Source: Puniceicoccales bacterium
GTDB lineage: Bacteria; Verrucomicrobiota; Verrucomicrobiia; Opitutales; UBA953
Assembly: GCA_031280235.1 (NCBI GenBank)
Contig: JAITHA010000052.1
Coordinates: 13,237-77,236, forward strand
DNA length: 64,000 nt
Reading direction: 5' to 3'
Shown here: in pieces, positions 45,725 to 55,002 of the stretch
Layout: each line of letters starts with the position of its first letter
How positions within the stretch are numbered: position 1 is the stretch's first letter
The notes under the pieces: model-generated
The model's database searches: none
What the model saw: the letters and a program-made list of their open reading frames with translations, nothing else
Told to the model about the DNA's origin: nothing
Translations under genes and position numbers: made by a program

Positions 45725-48169
45725 ATGGGAAACTCTGTCCTTCATCGACGCAGCGCCAAAGAAGCAGCCGCCATCGCCCCGGCCCCGCTCATCCGCTTGC
45801 GCGAGCTCACTAAAACCTACGGCACCGGGACCGTCGCCTTCCAAGCCCTGCGCGGCATCAACCTCAGCATACGCAAGGGCGAGTTTGTGGCTATCATGGG
45901 ACACAGCGGCTCGGGGAAATCGACCTTGATGAACATCCTCGGCTGCCTCGACACACCCTCCACGGGCAGTTTTCGCTACAAAGATATCCGCGTCGAAAAA
46001 CTCTCTCCCGACCAACGCTCCCTCTTGCGCCGCCACTCGCTGGGCTTCGTCTTCCAAGGGTTCAACTTGCTCGCACGCACGAGCACACTCGAAAACGTCG
46101 AGTTGCCATTGCTTTATCGCGGCCTCGGGAAAAAAGAGCGCCACGCAAAAGCCCTGAAAGCCCTCGCCGCCGTCGGCCTCTCAGACAAAATTAACAACAC
46201 ACCTGCGGAACTCTCCGGTGGACAACAACAACGCGTCGCCATCGCACGCGCGATCGTGACTGAGCCGGACACTCTCCTCGCCGACGAGCCAACAGGCAAC
46301 CTCGACAGCACAACCTCGCACGAGATCATGAAGTTGATTCGCCGCCTCAACCGAAAGATGGGCATCACCATCCTCATGGTTACCCATGAGGACGAGGTCG
46401 CCGCCTATGCACGGCGCATCATCCGCATCACCGATGGCCAAATCGCCTCTGACCACTTCCACTGCAAAAAAAACCTCCCGCACATCCCATTGTCCTCCAC
46501 TCCGTTGCGACGGTCGCGACCTTGCCCGGCGCCCATCCCCATCCCTGAGCCTCTCCCCGACATCTACGACGACGACCTCGTTGAATATAGCGGGGGCATC
46601 CTCCAGCCCTTTCCCCTACCCTCTGCCACTGCAAGCACGCCACGAACACGCCAGCCCAAGCCTGCGCTTCTGCCGCCCGAACCGCCACCGCCCGTCTCTC
46701 TCGAGGAAATGATTTCCACAGAAAAAAAACTGCGCGCGACACAGAAGGCATCCTTGGCCGATTTTCTGCCCTCGGAAAACATCCCCTCCATCCTCGACGT
46801 CCTGCCTCCGCAAATCTCCGACGACTTGCTGCTCTATCTGGGTGCACTCTCCCAGCCCCCACCCCTGCCACGCGTCGTTGAAGATCCTAACGCCTTGCCA
46901 GATTCAGACTTTGACACGGAGACCGGTCTCTTCCCTGAACCCCAACTGGAGCCCTTGCCAGAAATCCCCGAGCTGCCCGAGCTCGGCCCCTTGGATGAAA
47001 ACAACATTTCTAACTACGACACTAACCTCTCTTTCGACGATCTCGACATCCCTTCGCTTGATGAAACAGAGCCCGCCATTCCAGCGTCCGGATTTTTTAT
47101 TGAAGAAGACGTTACAGATTTTTCTGAAAACACGAATCCCTCCTCCGGAAGCGAAGCCGACGCCCTTGTCGAAGCCGAACTCAAGGCAAGCCTTGAAGCG
47201 TTTGACGAAGAGCGCTCAGAGCTGGAAGAATTTGCTGAAGAAGACATTGAGGAAGGGGGGCCTGCGGATGAGCCCAAGTCTGAGCCCGAGCCCGTCCGGC
47301 CCAGCTTCTTGACCACTCCACAAGCGGAAACGCCCCAGCCCAAGGCCTTCGTCGTTCCTAGATCCCTGAGTTTCTCGATCTCCTCTCCCGCTGTTTACCC
47401 TCTGCCGGGGAAGTGCATCGTCAATCTATTGCTGCCCCGGGAATCCAAGGCTACCCCCGTGGCACCACCACCGCCACCACCGCCCAAGCAAAGTTCTTTG
47501 CCCGACAAGCCTAATGCTGTGAAAATACTCACACCCGATTCCGTCGAACGCCTGCTCGCGCGCATTAGCGCCACAACGGTCTCCGGTACGGCCACACCCA
47601 CAGCACAGCCCGCACCCAAAGAAGAACCCCTGACTCCCGCGCCGACTCCCCAACCCACGCCCAGCTTGGGAAAACCAACACCTGAGCCTGTGGCCACACC
47701 TGAGCCCACATCCACACCTATCCCCGCACCCACAGATGCCCCCGCTAACGGTGCACCGCAAGTCATTGTCGTGGAAGGACCTACAATCAATATAACCCAT
47801 CAGGTTCCCGTCGTCATAAACAACAACTTGCCAGTCCCAGCGAACACTGAAGCTCCAGCTGAAACCCCAGCTCCAGCGCCTGCCCTCGCCAAAGAAGCTG
47901 AAGTGCTCGAAGTTCACGCCGCGCCCAGCGCGCCAGACGAAGTACCCCAAACCCTCCCGACACCCAAGAAAAACGGAAAGGTCGTGCTCAAAATCATCCC
48001 CCCAGTCAAAGAAACAGAAATTTTGGTCGCCATCCCACCGAAAATTAAAAAACGCCGCCGCTCAAAAAATGCGGGAAGTGCCAATTATAAATCCAGCCGC
48101 GAGAACTCGCGCAAATGGACTAAAGCGCGGACCAAACGCTACAACTTCCATAAGGACGGCATCCACTAA
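45725..48169 (+). CDS. ABC transporter ATP-binding protein (MacB/LolD-type) with a roughly 570-aa low-complexity C-terminal extension
   Basis: Residues about 20-245 carry Walker A GHSGSGKST, the Q-loop, signature LSGGQQQR, Walker B LLADEPT and the H-loop VTHE. The rest is Pro/Glu/Asp/Thr-rich with a basic tail. The stop lies 4 nt before the permease gene. Confidence 0.8.
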   Translation: MGNSVLHRRSAKEAAAIAPAPLIRLRELTKTYGTGTVAFQALRGINLSIRKGEFVAIMGHSGSGKSTLMNILGCLDTPSTGSFRYKDIRVEKLSPDQRSLLRRHSLGFVFQGFNLLARTSTLENVELPLLYRGLGKKERHAKALKALAAVGLSDKINNTPAELSGGQQQRVAIARAIVTEPDTLLADEPTGNLDSTTSHEIMKLIRRLNRKMGITILMVTHEDEVAAYARRIIRITDGQIASDHFHCKKNLPHIPLSSTPLRRSRPCPAPIPIPEPLPDIYDDDLVEYSGGILQPFPLPSATASTPRTRQPKPALLPPEPPPPVSLEEMISTEKKLRATQKASLADFLPSENIPSILDVLPPQISDDLLLYLGALSQPPPLPRVVEDPNALPDSDFDTETGLFPEPQLEPLPEIPELPELGPLDENNISNYDTNLSFDDLDIPSLDETEPAIPASGFFIEEDVTDFSENTNPSSGSEADALVEAELKASLEAFDEERSELEEFAEEDIEEGGPADEPKSEPEPVRPSFLTTPQAETPQPKAFVVPRSLSFSISSPAVYPLPGKCIVNLLLPRESKATPVAPPPPPPPKQSSLPDKPNAVKILTPDSVERLLARISATTVSGTATPTAQPAPKEEPLTPAPTPQPTPSLGKPTPEPVATPEPTSTPIPAPTDAPANGAPQVIVVEGPTINITHQVPVVINNNLPVPANTEAPAETPAPAPALAKEAEVLEVHAAPSAPDEVPQTLPTPKKNGKVVLKIIPPVKETEILVAIPPKIKKRRRSKNAGSANYKSSRENSRKWTKARTKRYNFHKDGIH

Positions 48170-48172
48170 ATC

Positions 48173-49396
48173 ATGTTTATCTTCAATGCTTTTCGAATCG
48201 CATTGAGGGAAATACGGCGCAACTTGACGCGCGCCTTCCTCACTGTGCTTGGAATTATAATCGGCGTCGCCGCTGTTGTGACGATGGTGACCCTCGGGCA
48301 AGGGACTACCGAAGCCATCCAAGCGCAGATCTCAGCCCTCGGCAACAACCTGCTCATCCTCCGCCCAGGTGTCGGCTTCGGCCCACAAATGGCCGCGAGC
48401 GGCGTCCCCAATTTTTCCGAGGCAGACGCCCAGGCCATCGCGCGCCAAGTCCCGGGCATCGCTGCCGTCGCCCCCGTCTGCCGCATGAACATGAGCACCA
48501 TCTCCGAGCAAGACGCCCGCACGACTGCCGTCGTCGGCACCACGCCAGAGTATTTCGACATCAGCCGCTGGATCATAGAGGCGGGCCGCAACTTCAACGA
48601 CACCGAGCTGCTGGCCGGCACACCCGTCTGCATCATCGGCGCAACAGTGCAGAAAGAGCTCTTCAAGGAGGGATTCCGCTCTCCCATTGGCCAAAAAATC
48701 CGCATCGGCTCAGCCTCTTGCGAAGTGATCGGCATCCTCCACGCGAAGGGGCAAATGGGTTCGATGGATCAGGACGATATCATCGTCGTGCCCCTGTCCA
48801 CCATGCAGCGGCGCATCTCTGGGCGCACCACCGTGCAAGACATCAACACCATCTTCATCTCCGCCCAGAACGCCGAAAACACCGATATGGCCACCGAGGG
48901 GATCAACACCCTCATGCACAAACGGCGCAACCTCTCGCCCAACCAAAAACCCAATTTCTCTGTGATCGACGCCCGCCAATTCATGAAGGCCAGAAGCGAG
49001 GCCACAGAGCTTATGACGATGCTGCTGGCAGCCGTCGCCAGCGTCTCTCTCCTCGTCGGCGGCATCGGCATCATGAACATTATGCTCGTCTCGGTAACGG
49101 AACGCACGCGTGAGATCGGCATCCGCCTCGCCATCGGCGCTCGCGCTCGCGAGGTGCTCCTCCAGTTCCTTGTGGAAGCCGTCGTCCTCTCCTGCGCCGG
49201 AGGCTTGCTCGGCATCGGCACCGCCATCGGCCTCTGCATCGGCCTCGCCCCGGTCATCGGTGTCAATTTCACGTTCAACCCCGAGATCAACATCCTTGCC
49301 TTCATCTTCTCCGCCATCGTCGGCATCATTTTCGGCTTCGCCCCAGCCCGCCGTGCCGCGCGCCTTGACCCGATAGAAGCGCTCCGCCACGAGTAA
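48173..49396 (+). CDS. ABC transporter permease, MacB/FtsX-like (4 TM with a large periplasmic domain)
   Basis: N-terminus LREIRRNLTRAFLTVLGIIIGVAAVV. C-terminal FtsX motif GIGIMNIMLVSVTERTREIGIRLAIGAR...PARRAARLDPIEALRHE. Confidence 0.85.
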   Translation: MFIFNAFRIALREIRRNLTRAFLTVLGIIIGVAAVVTMVTLGQGTTEAIQAQISALGNNLLILRPGVGFGPQMAASGVPNFSEADAQAIARQVPGIAAVAPVCRMNMSTISEQDARTTAVVGTTPEYFDISRWIIEAGRNFNDTELLAGTPVCIIGATVQKELFKEGFRSPIGQKIRIGSASCEVIGILHAKGQMGSMDQDDIIVVPLSTMQRRISGRTTVQDINTIFISAQNAENTDMATEGINTLMHKRRNLSPNQKPNFSVIDARQFMKARSEATELMTMLLAAVASVSLLVGGIGIMNIMLVSVTERTREIGIRLAIGARAREVLLQFLVEAVVLSCAGGLLGIGTAIGLCIGLAPVIGVNFTFNPEINILAFIFSAIVGIIFGFAPARRAARLDPIEALRHE

Positions 49397-49486
49397 GGCA
49401 GTAGAGCGCGGACAAGAAATTTTCCCCAAACCACGCCCACTGTTTTTTCTTGCGAAGCCCCCCCCGGTTCAACGCCTTGGGGCGCC

Positions 49487-50224
49487 ATGGAATTTTCGAT
49501 TTTGTTGAACGGGGCCCTGGGTCGCATGGGTCGCGCCATCCTGGAAGCAGCGAGAGACAACAACTTGTCCATTGCGGCAACGATAGATCGTGATGACGAC
49601 GCGAAGGCCGCGTTTGCCATCACAAAAGCTGGAGTCGCCATCGACTTCAGCCACCACACGGCAACGTTCCCTCTCGCGCGCTTGTGCGCCGCACACGGCA
49701 CGCCGCTCATCATCGGCACAACGGGCCACAGCGAGGAAGAGAGAGCGGGCATTCTCCAAGCCGTTACCAGCATACCCGTCGTATGGGCAGGCAATTATTC
49801 CATCGGCGTGACACTGCTGAACCACCTTGTGCAGATAGCCGCCCAAACGCTCGACGCCAGCTACGAGGTCGAGTTGGTGGAAATGCACCACCGGCACAAG
49901 AAGGACGCCCCAAGCGGCACCGCAGCAAAGCTCCTGCAAATCATCCGTGAGGCACGCTCCCTCCCGTCTGAAGCCTTGCGCCACGGGCGAAACGGACTGG
50001 TGGGCGAACGGCCCACAGGTGAAATCGGCGTGCACGCCTTGCGGGGCGGCGACGTCATCGGCGATCACACGGTGCTCTTCGCGGGAGAGGGCGAGCGGCT
50101 TGAGCTGACGCACCGCGCCTCCAGCCGGGCGATCTTTGCGACGGGCGTCATTCGGGCAGCGCACTGGGTGCGCGGACGCGCGCCAGGCATCTACGGCATG
50201 GAAGACGTGCTGGGCATCGGCTAA
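49487..50224 (+). CDS. dapB: 4-hydroxy-tetrahydrodipicolinate reductase
   Basis: GALGRMG N-terminus, EVELVEMHHRHKKDAPSGTA signature, HALRGGDVIGDHTVLF. Confidence 0.8.
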   Translation: MEFSILLNGALGRMGRAILEAARDNNLSIAATIDRDDDAKAAFAITKAGVAIDFSHHTATFPLARLCAAHGTPLIIGTTGHSEEERAGILQAVTSIPVVWAGNYSIGVTLLNHLVQIAAQTLDASYEVELVEMHHRHKKDAPSGTAAKLLQIIREARSLPSEALRHGRNGLVGERPTGEIGVHALRGGDVIGDHTVLFAGEGERLELTHRASSRAIFATGVIRAAHWVRGRAPGIYGMEDVLGIG

Positions 50225-50317
50225 GTGCGGCCCACGGCGCAACGAAGCACCGCGCCCACGCACCAGCGTGATTTCACGCCTTGCCTTGGCACGCTTTGCA
50301 CGCATTTCCAAGAGGCC

Positions 50318-51193
50318 ATGGCTCTCATAGACGGAAACCTTGTCGCCCGCCAGATCCTTGACGAAATCAAGGCCTGCGTCACAACGCTCTCTCCCCTCGT
50401 GCCTCATGTTGCCTTTGTGCGTGTCGGCGACGATCCAGCCTCCGTTTCCTACGTCAACAAAAAGCAAAAGACATCCGAGGAACTCGGCATGAAATCCAGC
50501 CTGCATCTTTTCCGTGAAGATGTGAGCCAGGAGGAACTTTTCGCACAGCTCGACGCACTAAATGCCGACGCCACCGTCCACGGCATCCTTGTGCAAGCGC
50601 CCCTCCCGGCGCATCTGGATGCCACACTCGTCTTCAACCGCATCTCGCCGAAGAAAGACGTCGATGGCTTCACGACGACCAGCATCGGGCGCCTCGTGCA
50701 GGAAGTCCCCGGCGCCTTTGCCGCTTGCACGCCAGCTGGAATCATCGAGCTGCTGAAACGTTCCGGAGCGCCAACACGCGGGAAGCACGCCGTCATTGTT
50801 GGGCGCAGCCTCATCGTCGGCAAACCCGTGGCACTGATGCTGGTTGCGAAAGGCCTTGATGCCACGGTGACCGTCTGCCACTCGCGCACGGCAAACCTCG
50901 GGGCCATCACACGCGAGGCAGACATCCTGATAGCCGCCATTGGCCGCCCACGCTTCATCACCGCAGACATGGTGCGAGAGGGCGCCATCGTCATAGACGT
51001 GGGGATAAACCGCGTGCCCGAGGCCTCGAAGAAAACGGGCTACAGACTCGTGGGAGACGTGGATTTCGACAGCGTCGCGCCAAAGGCCGCACTCATCACA
51101 CCTGTGCCCGGCGGCGTCGGCCCGATGACGGTGGCCATGCTCATGCAAAACACGTTGCACGCCGCCCTGCTTTCTCGCAACGAAGCGGCTTGA
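50318..51193 (+). CDS. folD: Bifunctional methylenetetrahydrofolate dehydrogenase/cyclohydrolase
   Basis: VRVGDDPASVSYVNKKQK, ILVQAPLP, KDVDGF, VIVGRSLIVGKPVA, TPVPGGVGPMTVAML. The start was set at ATG 50318. Confidence 0.85.
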   Translation: MALIDGNLVARQILDEIKACVTTLSPLVPHVAFVRVGDDPASVSYVNKKQKTSEELGMKSSLHLFREDVSQEELFAQLDALNADATVHGILVQAPLPAHLDATLVFNRISPKKDVDGFTTTSIGRLVQEVPGAFAACTPAGIIELLKRSGAPTRGKHAVIVGRSLIVGKPVALMLVAKGLDATVTVCHSRTANLGAITREADILIAAIGRPRFITADMVREGAIVIDVGINRVPEASKKTGYRLVGDVDFDSVAPKAALITPVPGGVGPMTVAMLMQNTLHAALLSRNEAA

Positions 51194-51211
51194 GAATCTC
51201 CCACCCAGCCG

Positions 51212-51880
51212 ATGAGCACACCCGACGAACCTCCCCCGCTGCCCACAGCCAGCCCCAGCGAGGGCGCCATCAATGGCAACCCACTCCACCCGCACACCCA
51301 CGCCCCGCTCCACTGGCGAGCCTTGGCCTTCCTGTGCGATTGGGTTGCCGCCTCCCTCCTCGTGTTGCTCGCCATCCGCTTGCTGGTGTACAACGGCTAC
51401 AACCACGAGTTTCAGGAGACGAAGGCCTGGCTCTCCACGCTCTGGCGCGATTACCTGTTGCTGCTTCAGGTAAGCCCAACTGAGCAGGCCGCGCGTACCG
51501 CCGACATCCTCCAGCAATCGACAGCAATCCCCGAGCCCACCCAACGACTCATGCAAGTCATCACGACTGTGCAAATCTCCATTTTCTGGGCCTATTTCTT
51601 CACAACAGAATTCTTTACCCAAGGCGCCTCGCTTGGGAAACGGATCTTCAACCTGCGCACCTGCCGCATGGCAAATTTCACGCCGCCAGGCTTTTTCGAT
51701 TCATTCATCCGTGCCACCTGGAAAGCGTTTTTCTTTGGCTCCCCCTACCTCGTCTTCCTATTCATCGGCATCGTGGATAGCCACGTACCCCTCTTTAACC
51801 GAGGACGGCGCAGCCTGCACGACATCTTCTCGCGCACCGCCGTGCTCGACGCCACACGCAACACCACACGCCCCTCTTAG
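51212..51880 (+). CDS. RDD-family membrane protein
   Basis: WRALAFLCDWVAASLL near the first TM and a C-terminal RRSLHDIFSRTAVLD motif, typical of RDD domains. Confidence 0.55.
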   Translation: MSTPDEPPPLPTASPSEGAINGNPLHPHTHAPLHWRALAFLCDWVAASLLVLLAIRLLVYNGYNHEFQETKAWLSTLWRDYLLLLQVSPTEQAARTADILQQSTAIPEPTQRLMQVITTVQISIFWAYFFTTEFFTQGASLGKRIFNLRTCRMANFTPPGFFDSFIRATWKAFFFGSPYLVFLFIGIVDSHVPLFNRGRRSLHDIFSRTAVLDATRNTTRPS

Positions 51881-51898
51881 ACCAAGCACCCAATCACC

Positions 51899-52636
51899 AT
51901 GCCAGCACACCCATCAACACCCCTCGCCCCTCATGCCAGAAAACGGCCAGGCGGCCTCCTCTTCCTCCTCGCCACTCTCCACATCGCCGCCACAGCTCAG
52001 GCAGGCGACACCGCGCCCTCCACCTTGCCAAGCCACGGCATCGCCCCACTCCACAAAGACACGCCACTCCTCTGGCAAGAGGACCTCTCCAAGCGCCAAT
52101 ACCCCGCCGAAACATCCATCTCCGCACTCTATCTCTACAACCTCGGCAGCGACGCCCGCGGCCACAAAGGCTGGGGTGGCACCTTCAACTTAACCCTCCT
52201 GCCCCACCGGCTGGACGAACACCCGGACTGGCAACTCAAAGTCGGCGTCGAACTCCTCGGATTTCACAGCACCAGCCTGCATACCAGAAAAGGGAAACGC
52301 CAAAAAGAAAGCATCGATGCAGGCGCCATCAGCCTCCTCGTCGGCGGCTCCTACTTCCCATGCCAGTACGTCGAAATCGGCTTCCTCGCCGGCTTCGGCT
52401 TCTCAGGGACCTACGGCGAGACACGCACCCCAGGCGACATCGACCGCAACGGCAACGCCAACTGGATCCTTCAACTGCAGCCCGTCTTCAGCCTCCACAT
52501 CACAGATTACGCCAGTCTCTCCCTCGCCTACCGCCTCGGCTACATCACACCCATCGTCCACACCGACCTCATAGGCTACCACTCCGTCAACATCCTCAGC
52601 CAATCCATCGAAGCCAGCATCAAATTCCGCTTCTGA
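51899..52636 (+). CDS. Putative outer-membrane beta-barrel protein
   Basis: Signal-like N-terminus (LLFLLATLHIAATAQA), alternating hydrophobic beta-strand pattern, and an aromatic C-terminus ...IKFRF. Confidence 0.45.
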   Translation: MPAHPSTPLAPHARKRPGGLLFLLATLHIAATAQAGDTAPSTLPSHGIAPLHKDTPLLWQEDLSKRQYPAETSISALYLYNLGSDARGHKGWGGTFNLTLLPHRLDEHPDWQLKVGVELLGFHSTSLHTRKGKRQKESIDAGAISLLVGGSYFPCQYVEIGFLAGFGFSGTYGETRTPGDIDRNGNANWILQLQPVFSLHITDYASLSLAYRLGYITPIVHTDLIGYHSVNILSQSIEASIKFRF

Positions 52637-52670
52637 CTCCTCCTCCTCTCCCGAAAAAATCCGCACCGTC

Positions 52671-53738
52671 ATGGACTTCCTTTACGAGAAAATCCTCCGC
52701 CCACTATTCTTCACCCAAGACGCCGAGACCGCGCACGAAATTTCCATCCGTCTCCTCCGCATACTCGACGCTATCCCATTCGCCGTGCACACCCTAGAGC
52801 GCATCAACCTCCGCCCACGACATAGCAAACCCATCCGCCTTTTCGACCTCGACTTCCCCAACCGCGTAGGCCTCGCCGCCGGTTTTGACAAATATGCCCA
52901 AGTCTGGCCCACCTTCGGCGCCCTCGGCTTTGGCCATGCCGAAATAGGCACCTTTACCCTGCACCCCCAAGACGGAAACCCCAAACCACGCGTCTTCCGC
53001 TACCCCCAAGCCGAAGCCGTCGTGAATAGTTTCGGCTTCCCCAACCCTGGCGCGGAAGTCATCGCCCATCGCCTCGCACAAGGCCCCGGCAAGGGCGCGC
53101 GCACCATCCCCATCGGCATCAACATCGGCAAATCCAAGATAACCCCACTCGACACAGCCTGCGAAGACTACGTCAACTCCTTTCGCCTGTTGGCAGATCA
53201 CGCCGACTTCCTCGTCATCAACATCAGCAGCCCCAATACACCCGGCCTGCGTGAACTCCAAGGGCGCGCGCACCTCACCACCCTGCTCGAAACCCTGCAA
53301 CGCGAGAACCTACAACGCACCGTACGCCTCAACGCACCGCGCATCCCCATCCTTCTCAAAATCGCCCCAGACCTCAGCTACCCTCAACTCGAAGAAATCC
53401 TCGCCATCGCCACAGCCGTAGCCCTCGACGGCATCGTCGCCACCAACACCACCATCGAACGCCCCCAGACAGCGGGCGACATGGAAACACGCGGCGGCCT
53501 CAGCGGGCGACCCCTATTGGAAAAATCCCTCTCCATCGTACGCTTCATGGCCCGGGCCAGCAACGGCAAGCTCCCCATCATCGGCTGCGGCGGAATCTGC
53601 CACCCGGACGACGCCGCCCGCTTCATGGACGAAGGCGCATCCCTCGTCCAGATCTTCACGGGCATGATATACCGCGGTCCCTTCTTCCCCGCCGCCCTCG
53701 CCCGCACTCTCGCTTGGAGCCACCGCCCCTGGGCATAA
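52671..53738 (+). CDS. pyrD: Dihydroorotate dehydrogenase (quinone), class 2
   Basis: NRVGLAAGFDK, FGFNNxG-like VNSFGFPNPG, INISSPNTPGLR, IVATNTT, GGLSGRPL, IIGCGGI. Confidence 0.85.
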   Translation: MDFLYEKILRPLFFTQDAETAHEISIRLLRILDAIPFAVHTLERINLRPRHSKPIRLFDLDFPNRVGLAAGFDKYAQVWPTFGALGFGHAEIGTFTLHPQDGNPKPRVFRYPQAEAVVNSFGFPNPGAEVIAHRLAQGPGKGARTIPIGINIGKSKITPLDTACEDYVNSFRLLADHADFLVINISSPNTPGLRELQGRAHLTTLLETLQRENLQRTVRLNAPRIPILLKIAPDLSYPQLEEILAIATAVALDGIVATNTTIERPQTAGDMETRGGLSGRPLLEKSLSIVRFMARASNGKLPIIGCGGICHPDDAARFMDEGASLVQIFTGMIYRGPFFPAALARTLAWSHRPWA

Positions 53739-53775
53739 AACAAACGACAGGACACTGCTTCCACTCCGGGGCGTC

Positions 53776-54963
53776 TCAGCGATTGCGGCGACGGGTTGAG
53801 AGGCTGGTGGGGGCAGAGTTCCCCATCATGGGTTCGAAGCGGTATTTGAAGCTGCCCAGTCTGCGGCGTTCGATGGTTTTGCCGAGCAGGCGTTCCACGG
53901 CTTGGAGGTAGAGGATCTCGTCTGGAGAGAATAGGGTGAAAGCCTTCCCTTCTTCTGAGGCACGCCCTGTGCGCCCGATGCGGTGGACGTAGTCTTCGGG
54001 GTGGTCGGGCACGTTGTAGTTGATGACGTGTGAAATGCCACGGACGTCCAGACCGCGCGCCGCGACGTCCGTCGCCACAAGCACTTGGTACTTGCCGGAT
54101 TTGAAACCGGCAAGGGCTTCGGTGCGTTCACTTTGCGAGCGGTCGGCATGCAGTGTGGCCACACGGTGCGTAGTGGACTCGACCCATTCGGTGATACGAT
54201 CAGCATCGCGCTTGGTGCGTGTGAAGACGAGGACGCTCTTGAAATGCGTCTCGGCAAGTAAGGCGAGCAGGAGGTCGTATTTCTGGTAGCTTTCGACAGG
54301 GTAAACGTAGTGCTCCACAGTCTCGGCGGTTGTGGCACCGGAGCGTGCATCGATGATTTGAGGATCACGCAACGCCCACTTGGCGATGTTGAGGATGGAT
54401 TTTTCGACGGTGGCCGAGAAGAGCAGAGTCTGGCGTTCCCGTGGGCAGAGGTTGATGATACGTGAGACGTCTTCGATGAAGCCCATATCGAGCATGCGGT
54501 CCACTTCGTCGAGGATGAGGACTTCGACTTTGTCGAGGCGTATGTCGTGGCGTTGCCACAGATCAAGGAGGCGCCCAGGTGTTGCCACGATAACGTCCGC
54601 GCCTTCGCGAAGAGCACGTATCTGGGCGTTGTAGTCGACACCGCCATAGAGGAGGGCGATGCGCAGGCCGGCGTGCTGTCCGTAACGTTTGAAGTTTTCC
54701 TCGACTTGGATGGCGAGTTCTCGCGTGGGCACGAGGGCAAGGCAACGCGTGATGCCTGTGCTTTTTTCCAGCCGTTGCAAGGAGGGGAGGGCGAATGCGG
54801 CGGTTTTCCCGGTGCCTGTTTGCGCGGCTCCAATGATGTCGTGCCCTTGGAGGATAGGTGGAATAGCCTGTGCCTGAATGGGCGTTGGCGTCTTATAGCC
54901 ACAGGTTTCCAAGGCCTGCAACAGTGGGGCGGAGAGTCCCAATTCAGAAAAAGAACCGTTCAT
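53776..54963 (-). CDS. DEAD-box ATP-dependent RNA helicase (RhlE-like)
   Basis: Q-motif GYKTPTPIQ, motif I AQTGTGKT, motif II present as DEVD, SAT, HRIGRTGRA. Confidence 0.85.
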   Translation of the reverse strand: MNGSFSELGLSAPLLQALETCGYKTPTPIQAQAIPPILQGHDIIGAAQTGTGKTAAFALPSLQRLEKSTGITRCLALVPTRELAIQVEENFKRYGQHAGLRIALLYGGVDYNAQIRALREGADVIVATPGRLLDLWQRHDIRLDKVEVLILDEVDRMLDMGFIEDVSRIINLCPRERQTLLFSATVEKSILNIAKWALRDPQIIDARSGATTAETVEHYVYPVESYQKYDLLLALLAETHFKSVLVFTRTKRDADRITEWVESTTHRVATLHADRSQSERTEALAGFKSGKYQVLVATDVAARGLDVRGISHVINYNVPDHPEDYVHRIGRTGRASEEGKAFTLFSPDEILYLQAVERLLGKTIERRRLGSFKYRFEPMMGNSAPTSLSTRRRNR

Positions 54964-55002
54964 TTTGAATAATCGGAAAGCAGGGCCAAGCTGCGAAGGA
55001 GC

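Noticed and set aside
47395-47950. Antisense ORFs (131 and 174 aa) opposite the proline-rich tail of the ABC ATPase
   Set aside because: Gly-rich mirror images of the Pro-rich sense frame. This is an expected artefact of CCN/GGN complementarity.
50225-50317. Possible ZTP (pfl) riboswitch upstream of folD and purC, and a TPP riboswitch upstream of thiH
   Set aside because: I looked for the conserved cores (a GGGUCGUGACUGGCG...CCGCCUGGGCA-like core for ZTP, a CUGAGA/ACCUGA-like core for TPP) in 50225-50317, 40217-40297 and 43652-43663 and did not see them. The thiH gap is only 12 nt.
48769-51622. Series of 340-355-aa minus-strand ORFs (48769-49794, 49469-50506, 50558-51622) opposite the ABC permease, dapB and folD
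   Set aside because: All are antisense to genes with strong family motifs. Their Arg/Ala/Gly-rich composition is characteristic of GC-rich shadow frames.
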